Program-made: the position numbers and the translations under genes
Source of the DNA: Myxococcota bacterium
GTDB lineage: Bacteria; Myxococcota_A; Polyangia; Nannocystales; Nannocystaceae
Reading direction: 5' to 3'
Length of the DNA stretch: 64,000 nt
Assembly (NCBI GenBank): GCA_039028615.1
Contig: JBCCHT010000037.1
Span: forward strand, 32,001-96,000
Notes under the pieces: generated by a model
Databases searched by the model: none
Told to the model about the DNA's origin: nothing
The model's input: only the letters and a program-made list of their open reading frames with translations
In this document: positions 1 to 8,249 of the stretch, in pieces
Numbering within the stretch: position 1 is the stretch's first letter
Layout: the number at the start of each line of letters is the position of its first letter

Positions 1-270
1 GAACCCGGCCGCCTCGGCGGCGAGCAGGGTCAGCAGGGGCCGAAAGCGCTTGCCACCCGCGAACGCGATGTGTCCTCCCACCTTGGGGATGACCGCGATG
101 TCGGAGTGCAGCAGCTCGGCGAAGCGACGCTCGCACAGCACGAGGTCGTCGGCGACCAGGGTGATCGCATGCTCGATGAGAGCGGCAGGATTGCCGCCGG
201 GCGGGGGCGTGCGGCGGGTGGGGGCCGCGGGCGCGAACTGGCCGCGCAGGTCAGGAGCCGATTCTGACAT
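1..270 (-). CDS. Polyprenyl diphosphate synthase (IspB/HepT-like), N-terminal 90 aa; runs off the window edge
   Basis: Hand translation from ATG at 270: MSESAPDLRG...LLHSDIAVIPKVGGHIAFAGGKRFRPLLTLLAAEAAGF, containing the GGKRxRP prenyltransferase motif. Not in the ORF track. Overlaps the upstream regulator's 3' end by 20 nt. Confidence 0.85.
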   Translation of the reverse strand, partial: MSESAPDLRGQFAPAAPTRRTPPPGGNPAALIEHAITLVADDLVLCERRFAELLHSDIAVIPKVGGHIAFAGGKRFRPLLTLLAAEAAGF

Positions 271-910
271 TCTGATCCCAGTTGTGGAGCATCGCCGGGA
301 ACCGAGCGGTACGCCGGGCGATGCGGGTGATGAGCCCGTGCACAGGGCGACGGGCGACGAAAGCGTCGAGGAAGCTGCGACCGAGCTTGAAGAACCCGAG
401 CAGTTGCTCGACGCGATCCAAGGCGAAGCGAATTCGAGGGGAACCCAGGGGAGCGCCGGCGAGCAGCTCGACCACTTGGGTCACGCGGGAGATGGCGTCG
501 TTGACCTGGGCGCGCTCCCGACGTCGCATGACGTCGGTGATCAGCTTCCACATGTCGGTCTCGGCCGAGTACAGCCGCCCGCGCCGATGGACTACGCCCC
601 AGTCGATCAGCGAATTGAGCGTCATGCTGGTCGAGCCCGCGCTGATGCCGAGGCGATCGCGGATGGTGGTGTGCCCCAGCGGCTCCGGGCTCAGGAAGAG
701 CAATCCGAAGATCCGGCCCTGGGTCCGGGTGAAGCCCCAGAAGGCGGCGATGTTGCCGAACACATGCGAGAGTTCGTCTTGCGCTATGCGCAAACGACGC
801 TCCGTGTCCGTCTCCGCCTCGGCGTCAACCTCGCCGGACTTGATCGCAGCCAGCTCGCGGCGGTATCGCTCATGCGGGCTCGGCGACGCTTTGGGGGCTG
901 GGGGGCTCAT
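251..910 (-). CDS. GbsR/MarR-type winged-helix transcriptional regulator
   Basis: FGNIAAFWGFTRTQGRIFGLLFLSPEPL...LGISAGSTSMTLNSLIDWGVV is a typical GbsR-family HTH. Start set at ATG 910, downstream of the promoter/operator. Confidence 0.8.
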   Translation of the reverse strand: MSPPAPKASPSPHERYRRELAAIKSGEVDAEAETDTERRLRIAQDELSHVFGNIAAFWGFTRTQGRIFGLLFLSPEPLGHTTIRDRLGISAGSTSMTLNSLIDWGVVHRRGRLYSAETDMWKLITDVMRRRERAQVNDAISRVTQVVELLAGAPLGSPRIRFALDRVEQLLGFFKLGRSFLDAFVARRPVHGLITRIARRTARFPAMLHNWDQNVRIGS

Positions 911-917
911 CGCGCAG

Positions 918-984
918 AAGTTCTTTTCAAATTGAAATGAAGAACTTGCTCTGAGGCTGTACCCCCCCGATCGGCAGCTGTCAA
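918..984 (-). promoter_or_regulatory. Sigma70-type promoter and palindromic operator upstream of the GbsR-like gene
   Basis: Minus strand TTGACA (984-979), 17 bp spacer, TACAGC (961-956). AT-rich nested inverted repeat AAGTTCTT..TTTCAA-A-TTGAAA..AAGAACTT at 918-947. Confidence 0.7.
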
Positions 985-1097
985 ACGCAAACGCGCGGGT
1001 CGATTTCGCGGGAACAACACTGTCCGGCCGGTTGTTCGGCCTTTCTGTCGCCCGTCTCAATCGGCCGGGCGGCCCTTGCTACGATCGGCACCACTCG

Positions 1098-2567
1098 ATG
1101 CAACGTCGCACGGACCACCGGGTCAGCCCGGCTTGGCTCGCCGCTGGAACCGGGCTGGTCGGGGTCAGTCTGGGAGCCGCCGCCGTCATGTTCGGGGCGC
1201 AGTCGGGGCGCCAAGCCCGCGTCGCCCCCACCACCGAAGTCCTCGCTCCGGCCCCGGCCGTGGCACCGCAGCCCGCCGTCGCGCCGGGCACCACCGTCCC
1301 CGCGCCGACACCTTCGCTCGCCGATGCCGTCGAGAGCACCCGTGACGCGGTGGTCAACATCGGCACCGAGCGCAGCCTGGGCGCGGGGGTCATCGTGCAC
1401 TCTCGCGGGATCGTGGTGACCAACTACCACGTCATCGCCGACGCTCTCGAGATGCCCAGCGAGCGTTGGTCGGGCGCGGCCGAAGAGACGCCCACCGTGA
1501 CCGCGCGGTTCGAAAACGGGCGCGAGCTGCCGGCCACCGTGTTGGTCGCCGACGGCATCGAAGACCTCGCCATCTTACGGTTGGTGTCCGACCGGCCCTC
1601 CGAGCGTTTCGCCGCCGTCTCGCTCGGCAACTCGTCCGCGCTGCGCGTGGGCCAGGACGTGTTCGCCATCGGCAATCCCTTCGGGCTCAACCACAGCGTC
1701 TCGCGAGGCATCATCGCCGCCCGCGATCGCACCGACGTCATGCGGGACCGCCCCGTGCCGCTGCTGCAGCTCGACGCGGCCATCAACCTCGGCAACTCGG
1801 GGGGTCCGCTCTTCGACTTCGATGGGGCGCTGGTCGGCATCGTGACCTCGCGTCAGCGCAACGCGGAGGGCATTGCCTTTGCCGTGCCCGTCGACCACGT
1901 GCGGGCGTTCCTCGATGCCGTCAGCGATCCCAAGACCCCGCGCAGCTCGGGCGCCATCGGCTTGATGGTGCGGGGTGAGACGGCCGGCCCCGATGGCGCG
2001 CGGCTTGGGCATCGCGCGTGGCTCGACGTCTCCAAGGTCATGCCGGACAGCACCGCCGCCGCGGCCGGGTTGCAGCCGGGCGATGCCATCGTCGCGTTGC
2101 GAGGCAAGCGGCTCGATGGGCTGTCCAAGGCCGACGACGGCTATGCACTCGCGGAACACCTGGTGATGACGGTGCGCAGCTCGATCCCGGGCGAGCGCCT
2201 GCCGCTGACGCTCATCCGCGGCGGACAGCTGGAGGAAGTCTCCGTGGAGATCGGCTCCGTGCCGCCCGATCAGCAGGTGTCGATCGACTCCGAAGAGCTG
2301 CTGGGGCTCGAGCTGCGGCCCGGTCAGCCCATTCCCGTCGTGGGAGCCGTCAAGCCGCACGAGCGCTCGCGGCTGCGTCACGATCCTCGCGGCTACCAGA
2401 TCGTGCGCTTGGTCGATGAGCCAATCCGATCCACCGAGGCGCTGGGGGCCGAGCTGACGCGGCTGCGGGAGCTGTTGCGCCAGAGCCAGGGCTCGTTCTC
2501 GGTGTTGGTGGGCCTGCGAGACCCTCGCACCTCGCAGGTGCACCACCATTTCGTGCTGGTACAGTGA
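1098..2567 (+). CDS. HtrA/DegP-family trypsin-like serine protease with PDZ domain
   Basis: N-terminal hydrophobic segment; triad motifs TNYHV, EDLAIL and NLGNSGGPL; PDZ-like AAAAGLQPGDAIVAL. Confidence 0.9.
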   Translation: MQRRTDHRVSPAWLAAGTGLVGVSLGAAAVMFGAQSGRQARVAPTTEVLAPAPAVAPQPAVAPGTTVPAPTPSLADAVESTRDAVVNIGTERSLGAGVIVHSRGIVVTNYHVIADALEMPSERWSGAAEETPTVTARFENGRELPATVLVADGIEDLAILRLVSDRPSERFAAVSLGNSSALRVGQDVFAIGNPFGLNHSVSRGIIAARDRTDVMRDRPVPLLQLDAAINLGNSGGPLFDFDGALVGIVTSRQRNAEGIAFAVPVDHVRAFLDAVSDPKTPRSSGAIGLMVRGETAGPDGARLGHRAWLDVSKVMPDSTAAAAGLQPGDAIVALRGKRLDGLSKADDGYALAEHLVMTVRSSIPGERLPLTLIRGGQLEEVSVEIGSVPPDQQVSIDSEELLGLELRPGQPIPVVGAVKPHERSRLRHDPRGYQIVRLVDEPIRSTEALGAELTRLRELLRQSQGSFSVLVGLRDPRTSQVHHHFVLVQ

Positions 2568-2574
2568 CGCGCGC

Positions 2575-3342
2575 ATGGTCCCCGCACGTGCCGGCTCGAT
2601 CCTCGGAGTGCTGATGTTCGTGGCCTGTGGCGGGGCGTCGGAGGGGGCGTCGCCTACGGCCGAGGCCAAGCCCGCCGCCTCGAGTACGGCCGAGGCGACG
2701 GCGAAGGTCGCGGGCGACCCATTGCTGACCCGTGCCCGGGAGGGCGTGCGGGAGGGCGCGCTGCCCTCCGACATCGAAGCGGAGCTGCTCGCCTCCACCG
2801 CGCCCGAGCATGCCCGGGCACGTCGGGTGCTGCTGGCCATGACGCAGCCGGCCGATGTCTCCGAGGCGGACCCGCCCGCGGACGCCGAGATAGCGCCGCC
2901 GCCGATCGTTCCGACGTCTTCCCAGGACACCACCGCGCCCGTGCCTGCGCCGCGGACCTCCACGTCGGGCACCTCGGGCACGTCGAGCAAATCCTCGCCC
3001 ACACCCCGCCCGGTGCCGAGCGCCGGTCCGAGCACCGTGGGCAAGCTCGCGTTCAAGCGCAGCACCAAGGGCGCCACCCTGACCATCGCCGGGACCTCCT
3101 CGCTGGTGGTCGGGGTCGCCAATCAGCCTTCGAGCGGCATCGTGCGGCTGGTGGTGGAGAAGGCCAAGGCCAAGACCTCGGTGCTCACGGCGCGGCCGAA
3201 GATCGAAGGCGCTCGCATCACCGGAGTCCGGCAAGGGCAAGGGACGATTCAGATCACCCTGAAGCTCGAGCCCGGCTGGACGCTCGGCTCGGTGTCGCCG
3301 TTCTCGGGCGGGGCGCGGGTCAAGCTGCGTGCCCCCGGCTGA
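2575..3342 (+). CDS. Putative lipoprotein with Pro/Ser/Thr linker and C-terminal beta-rich (possibly AMIN-like) domain
   Basis: Lipobox-like LMFVAC; starts 7 nt after the htrA stop. The domain guess is weak. Confidence 0.55.
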   Translation: MVPARAGSILGVLMFVACGGASEGASPTAEAKPAASSTAEATAKVAGDPLLTRAREGVREGALPSDIEAELLASTAPEHARARRVLLAMTQPADVSEADPPADAEIAPPPIVPTSSQDTTAPVPAPRTSTSGTSGTSSKSSPTPRPVPSAGPSTVGKLAFKRSTKGATLTIAGTSSLVVGVANQPSSGIVRLVVEKAKAKTSVLTARPKIEGARITGVRQGQGTIQITLKLEPGWTLGSVSPFSGGARVKLRAPG

Positions 3343-3482
3343 CCGATCTCGTCGCGATGCGGTGATTCTTCGATCCGGGCGCACGGCGGCGGCGACCGTC
3401 GTCTGGCGCCAGTCCTGCCGACTCCTCCGAGGGCATCGTCGCTGGCCGCATCCGAGCTTCGTGGTATAGGCGCGACAGACCC

Positions 3483-5318
3483 ATGGCCTACCGCAGCCTC
3501 CGGCAGTGCGTGGACGACCTCGAGCGCCACGGTCACCTGGTTCGAGTCTCCGCCGAAGTCGATCCCGAGCTCCAGCTCGCCGCGATCCAACGCCGACTCT
3601 ACGCCGCCCAAGGGCCCGCGGTGCTGTTCGAGCGGGTCGCGGGCAGCCCGTTTCCCGCGGTTGCCAACCTGTTCGGCACGATGGAGCGCGGGCGCTTCAT
3701 CTTTCGGCACACGCTGCGACGGGTCCAACAAGCGGTCGAGCTCAAGGCCGATCCGCTGGCGGCGCTGCGGCGGCCGTGGCAGTTCCTCAGCGCGCCGCTG
3801 ACCGGTCTGCGCAGCCTGCCGATGCGCTCGCGCGGGGGACCGACGCTGCAGCACCAGACCCAGATCTCGAAGCTGCCCGCAGTGCGCTCGTGGCCCAAGG
3901 ACGGCGGCCCCTTCATCACGCTGCCGCAGGTCTTCTCGCAGACGCCGGGCGGGCGGAGGATCATGGACTCGAACCTCGGCATGTACCGGGTGCAGCTTTC
4001 GGGCAACGACTACGCACCGGACGAAGAGGTCGGGCTGCACTACCAGATCCATCGCGGGATCGGGGCTCATCATGCGGCCGCCCGCGACCGAGGCGAGTCG
4101 CTGCCGGTCAGCATCTTCGTGGGAGGGCCGCCCGCCCACACCTTCGCGGCGGTGATGCCCATGCCCGAGGGCATGAGCGAGCTGGTCATGGCGGGGATGT
4201 TGGCGGGGCGTCGCTTTCGCTACGCGCAGGTCGGCCCGCACATCGTCTCGACCGAGGCCGACTTCTGCATCGTGGGACACATCGATCCCACGCGGACCAA
4301 GCCGGAGGGACCCTTCGGTGACCACCTGGGCTACTACAGCCTGGCGCACGATTTCCCGGTGATGAAGGTCGATGCCGTCTACCACCGGCCCGATGCGATC
4401 TGGCCGTTCACGGTGGTGGGCCGGCCTCCGCAGGAGGACACGACCTTCGGCGGCCTGATCCACGAGATCACCGCGCCGATGGTCCCGGTCGAGATTCCGG
4501 GGCTCAAGGCGATGCATGCCGTCGACGTGGCGGGGGTGCACCCGCTGATGCTCGCGCTGGGCAGCGAGCGCTATGTGCCGTACCGGCCGCGCCAGCCCCA
4601 GGAGCTGCTGACCCTGGCCAATGCGATCTTGGGCTTCAATCAAGCGTCGTTGGCGAAGTTCCTGCTCATCGCGGCGCACGAGGACGCGCCCGAGCTGACG
4701 CTGCACGACGAGACCGAGTTCCTCGCCCACGTGCTGCGTCGCTTCGACCCCACCCGCGACCTGCACTTCCAGACTCGCACCACCATGGACACCCTCGACT
4801 ACTCGGGCACGGGCCTGAACGCGGGGTCCAAGCTGGTCATCGCGGCGGCGGGAGAGCCCGTGCGCGAGCTGGGGACGCAGGTGCCAGAGTCGTTGTCGCT
4901 GCCCGACGGGTTTGGTCCGGCTCGGCTGGCGATGCCCGGGGTCCTGGTGGTGCAGGCGCCCGCGTGGGACGAGCGCGGCGAAGCGGTGGCGGCTGCGTTC
5001 GGCGACGCAATGGTCGGGAGCGCGCTGGCGGGCACGGACACGCGGTGGCCCCTGGTGGTGTTGGCCGATGACGCGGAGATGACCGCTCGTACCGCGGCGA
5101 ACCTGCTGTGGGTGACGTTCACGCGCGCGAACCCATCGCACGACGTACACGGCGTCGATGCCTTCGTGGAGCACAAGCACTGGGGCTGTCGGGGGTCGTT
5201 GATCGTCGATGCGCGGATCAAGGCTCACCACGCGCCGCCGCTCGAAGAGGACCCCGCGGTCACGCGCGCGGTCGAGGCCATGGCCGCATCGGGCGGCCCG
5301 CTTCACGGACTCATCTAA
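3483..5318 (+). CDS. UbiD-family (prFMN-dependent) decarboxylase
   Basis: PAVLFERV, DGGPFIT, NLGMYRVQ, PEGPFGDHLGYYS, VGRPPQED, MDTLDYSG motifs; 611 aa long form. Confidence 0.92.
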   Translation: MAYRSLRQCVDDLERHGHLVRVSAEVDPELQLAAIQRRLYAAQGPAVLFERVAGSPFPAVANLFGTMERGRFIFRHTLRRVQQAVELKADPLAALRRPWQFLSAPLTGLRSLPMRSRGGPTLQHQTQISKLPAVRSWPKDGGPFITLPQVFSQTPGGRRIMDSNLGMYRVQLSGNDYAPDEEVGLHYQIHRGIGAHHAAARDRGESLPVSIFVGGPPAHTFAAVMPMPEGMSELVMAGMLAGRRFRYAQVGPHIVSTEADFCIVGHIDPTRTKPEGPFGDHLGYYSLAHDFPVMKVDAVYHRPDAIWPFTVVGRPPQEDTTFGGLIHEITAPMVPVEIPGLKAMHAVDVAGVHPLMLALGSERYVPYRPRQPQELLTLANAILGFNQASLAKFLLIAAHEDAPELTLHDETEFLAHVLRRFDPTRDLHFQTRTTMDTLDYSGTGLNAGSKLVIAAAGEPVRELGTQVPESLSLPDGFGPARLAMPGVLVVQAPAWDERGEAVAAAFGDAMVGSALAGTDTRWPLVVLADDAEMTARTAANLLWVTFTRANPSHDVHGVDAFVEHKHWGCRGSLIVDARIKAHHAPPLEEDPAVTRAVEAMAASGGPLHGLI

Positions 5319-5450
5319 AAGCTCCATCCCCCGACATGTGAAGTTCGCCACCTTCTTCGATCCGAGGACCTCGCCCGCACCGAGGCCTGAGGCCGCCACC
5401 TCGCGCGTCGCATGTGGCACCATCCGGCTCTGCAAGCGGATGGAGGAGCT

Positions 5451-5819
5451 GTGAATGTCGGTGAAGCGTGCCTCGCGGTCGAGGCGTTCATGCACGCGTT
5501 CTTGAAGGAGCGCTCGCACTACTTCCTCGAGGCGTCGGACGTGCTCGAGGAGGACTGGGCCGGGCCGGGTGAGGCCGTCGAGATGGCCTTGGTGGCCTAT
5601 TCTGCGGAGTTCAACCAGATCCTGGTGATGATCTCCGTGGGGGACCCGCTGGAGCCAGACTCCATGGGCCCCACGATGTCGGCGGACGAGTGCACGCGGA
5701 TGGCCCGGACGCAATTGTCCGAGATTGCCGCGCAGTACACGATCCAGGTCGGGGCCACCGGGCGCTGGGGGGCCTGGGAGACCTACCGTCGGGACTGGGA
5801 GGGAGCGCCGCCGTTGTGA
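5451..5819 (+). CDS. Hypothetical acidic protein
   Basis: GGAGG Shine-Dalgarno before GTG 5451; GTGA overlap with the next ORF. Confidence 0.6.
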   Translation: MNVGEACLAVEAFMHAFLKERSHYFLEASDVLEEDWAGPGEAVEMALVAYSAEFNQILVMISVGDPLEPDSMGPTMSADECTRMARTQLSEIAAQYTIQVGATGRWGAWETYRRDWEGAPPL

Positions 5820-6541
5820 GGGCGCTCGACGTCGTGCGACCGGAACTGGTCGCCCCGGAGCGGGACTGGCGGGCGGCCGTGGTCATGCAGGCGCCCCACA
5901 GCCCCGAGCCTCACGGGATCGACCGGATCGCGGCGACCTACGTCGATGGTCTGCGCGACGCGGTCGGACCCCCGATCGAGCAGCTGCACAGCATGCGCTG
6001 GCTCAGTCCCTGGGTCGCCGTGATCGACCGCTCGCCGAGCGAACTGCCCAGCCGGCCCCTGATGCTGGAGGCTCTGCAGAACGTCGATGGTGCCTTTCGC
6101 ATTCGGCAGGTGGTCGTGTTCGGAGAGGGCCCGGATGCGCTCCCGGACTTCCATTGGTGGAGCCCGGCCCTGGCCGACGCGATCCGGGCCTTTCCCTGGT
6201 CCGGCGAGCTCCTGGGGCGGATGATCGGAGCGTGCGACGTTCACGGTCGAGCGGGCGGCGAGCTGGCCAGCGCCGCGCACGTGCAGGGCGTCGTCGCATG
6301 GTCCCTGCACGCCTCGGTCCAGCGCGCTTGGCCCCAGTTCCGCACGGGCACCTGGGAAGCGGTCACCGACAGTGAGCGCTTGACCCTGACCTTCGACGCG
6401 GGTCGAGTCGTCGGGGGAAGCGGTGCAGGCTCGGCCCCGGACTCGGCCCGGGCCGTGTTGGCCGCATCCCGCGGACAGCTTTGGTGGCACAAGGAGCCGC
6501 GGGACGAAGCGGTGGGGGTCTGGCAGTTCGGCGAACTCTGA
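5816..6541 (+). CDS. Hypothetical protein with possible C-terminal DUF4388/PatA_N-like domain
   Basis: Coupled start/stop GTGA; C-terminus RTGTWEAV..LTLTFDAGRVVGG..VLAASRGQLWW resembles the DUF4388 pattern. Confidence 0.5.
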   Translation: MRALDVVRPELVAPERDWRAAVVMQAPHSPEPHGIDRIAATYVDGLRDAVGPPIEQLHSMRWLSPWVAVIDRSPSELPSRPLMLEALQNVDGAFRIRQVVVFGEGPDALPDFHWWSPALADAIRAFPWSGELLGRMIGACDVHGRAGGELASAAHVQGVVAWSLHASVQRAWPQFRTGTWEAVTDSERLTLTFDAGRVVGGSGAGSAPDSARAVLAASRGQLWWHKEPRDEAVGVWQFGEL

Positions 6542-6625
6542 CGCGTGCACCCTCGGTCTGCGTCCGTGGGGAGAGGGCGCGGCGGTCACGCTGCCCTCGA
6601 CCACCGGGCTCGGCTCGTTCACGCT

Positions 6626-7483
6626 TCAGTTCTGAATGAGGTGCGACTCGGTGGCGCGACCAGTCGCGGGGTCCAGGCGCACCAATCGGTGCTCGACCTC
6701 GTAGTAGTCTTGCTGATCCCGACGCGTCGTCCGTGACGCGCGGGTCACCAACCACACGGACTCCCCCAGTCGAGCCGTTCCCACGAGCGAGACCTTGGCC
6801 TCGTCGATTCCCACCGGTGCAGCGAGCTCGGTGACGGCGGTGGTCCATGCCGTCGTTCCGTTGGCGTCCTCGCGACTCAAGGTCTCGACCGGCGCGCCGC
6901 CCTGGAAGTCGGACCCGAACACCAACACGCTCGGAGGGTCGGTGCCCAATACCGTCTCATCGCGCGCCGGAACCCGCTTCGAAGGCTTCGGCCGCACCTC
7001 CGCATCTCCAGCGAGCGGCGCAATGGCACCCGAGCGATCCACCGAGTAGCGCTTGCCGTCCGGTCCATCGAGGACGGCACGACCGTCCTGAATGCCGATC
7101 ACGTCGTAGGTTGCCGCGAGCGCATCGTGCCCCTTCAGCGCATCGGCGATCCCGGGTTGGGGCGCGAGAGTATCCAACGCCCGCGCTTCCAGGCCTGGCG
7201 GAGCGGTGCCTCGGGACAGCCACACCACGTCCGAGGTCACCCCGGCGACATGAAAGGCGTTGCGTTCGTCCACCGACTTGCGAACCGCACCATCGGTGCC
7301 AACCAACGCGATGCGATTGAGTTCGCGGTAGCCCGTGAGCTCATCGGGGACGGAACCGACCAGCAGCAACTGGTCCCCGGCCGCAAACAGCTGCGAGTAC
7401 GCGATGTGCACCGCCTCGGCTTTCTTGCAGCCGGGCACGACTGCGAGCAAGGCCACCAATGCGAGGGCGAACGCGCGAATCAT
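6626..7483 (-). CDS. Putative lipoprotein, beta-rich (propeller-like)
   Basis: MIRAFALALVALLAVVPGC lipoprotein signal; ends HRLVRLDPATG. Alternative start at 7495. Confidence 0.7.
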   Translation of the reverse strand: MIRAFALALVALLAVVPGCKKAEAVHIAYSQLFAAGDQLLLVGSVPDELTGYRELNRIALVGTDGAVRKSVDERNAFHVAGVTSDVVWLSRGTAPPGLEARALDTLAPQPGIADALKGHDALAATYDVIGIQDGRAVLDGPDGKRYSVDRSGAIAPLAGDAEVRPKPSKRVPARDETVLGTDPPSVLVFGSDFQGGAPVETLSREDANGTTAWTTAVTELAAPVGIDEAKVSLVGTARLGESVWLVTRASRTTRRDQQDYYEVEHRLVRLDPATGRATESHLIQN

Positions 7484-7512
7484 GACCCCCACCATACAGC
7501 AGCACTCCGTCG

Positions 7513-8202
7513 GTGCCGGGCCCCATCTCGTGGAGCTCGGCCAGCGCCCGACCCCGGCGTCGGGAGACCGCTGACTCGGGCTCCGTGGTAGCGTGGTGCT
7601 CAGTGGGCGAGAGCGACTGGGACGAGCTTCGGCGCGCCCACGACCGGGGCGACGTACGAGAGGACCCTCCTGGCCGTTGGGTCTTCCCCGACGGAACACT
7701 CTGGTTCCAGGACGGACTCGAGAATCGGGAGGGAGGCGTCGCCGGGATTGCCGTCTTTGGCGTCGCCACCGTGGGCTGTTTGTTCGCCACGGTGCTCGCT
7801 CTACACGATGGGTTTTCGTGGTGGCCGTGGACTCTCGGTGCGGCTGCCCTCTGCGCCCTTGGGGTCGGGCGGTTCGCGACTCGGCACGGGCGGCATCTCG
7901 ACGAGCTGAAGAAGACGCTCGATCTCGGCGTGTTCTTCTGTCCAACCGAGGTCGTGCTCTGCAAGGGCCCCAAGCAGCACATCCCGCGCTCTCGCGTCAC
8001 TGGCTTTTGCTACCGATTCCACGGGGGTGATGGCGGGTCAGGGGTCCGCTACGTCCATCTCGAATTGGGGGAGGGACAGGAAGTGGCGACCGACATTCGG
8101 GAGTCACCTCAGGTGGTGGCGATGCTTCGCGCCTGGCACGAGGCGGAGCTCAAAGACCGAACGTCGACAGGGGCCGCGCTATCGCCTCGCGAGGGTTTTT
8201 GA
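7513..8202 (+). CDS. Hypothetical membrane protein (two TM helices)
   Basis: Two hydrophobic segments followed by a soluble domain; start uncertain. Confidence 0.55.
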   Translation: MPGPISWSSASARPRRRETADSGSVVAWCSVGESDWDELRRAHDRGDVREDPPGRWVFPDGTLWFQDGLENREGGVAGIAVFGVATVGCLFATVLALHDGFSWWPWTLGAAALCALGVGRFATRHGRHLDELKKTLDLGVFFCPTEVVLCKGPKQHIPRSRVTGFCYRFHGGDGGSGVRYVHLELGEGQEVATDIRESPQVVAMLRAWHEAELKDRTSTGAALSPREGF

Positions 8203-8249
8203 GATGAGCCTTAGTTTCTCGGCGGCTCGCGGCGATATGCTGGGGGTGC

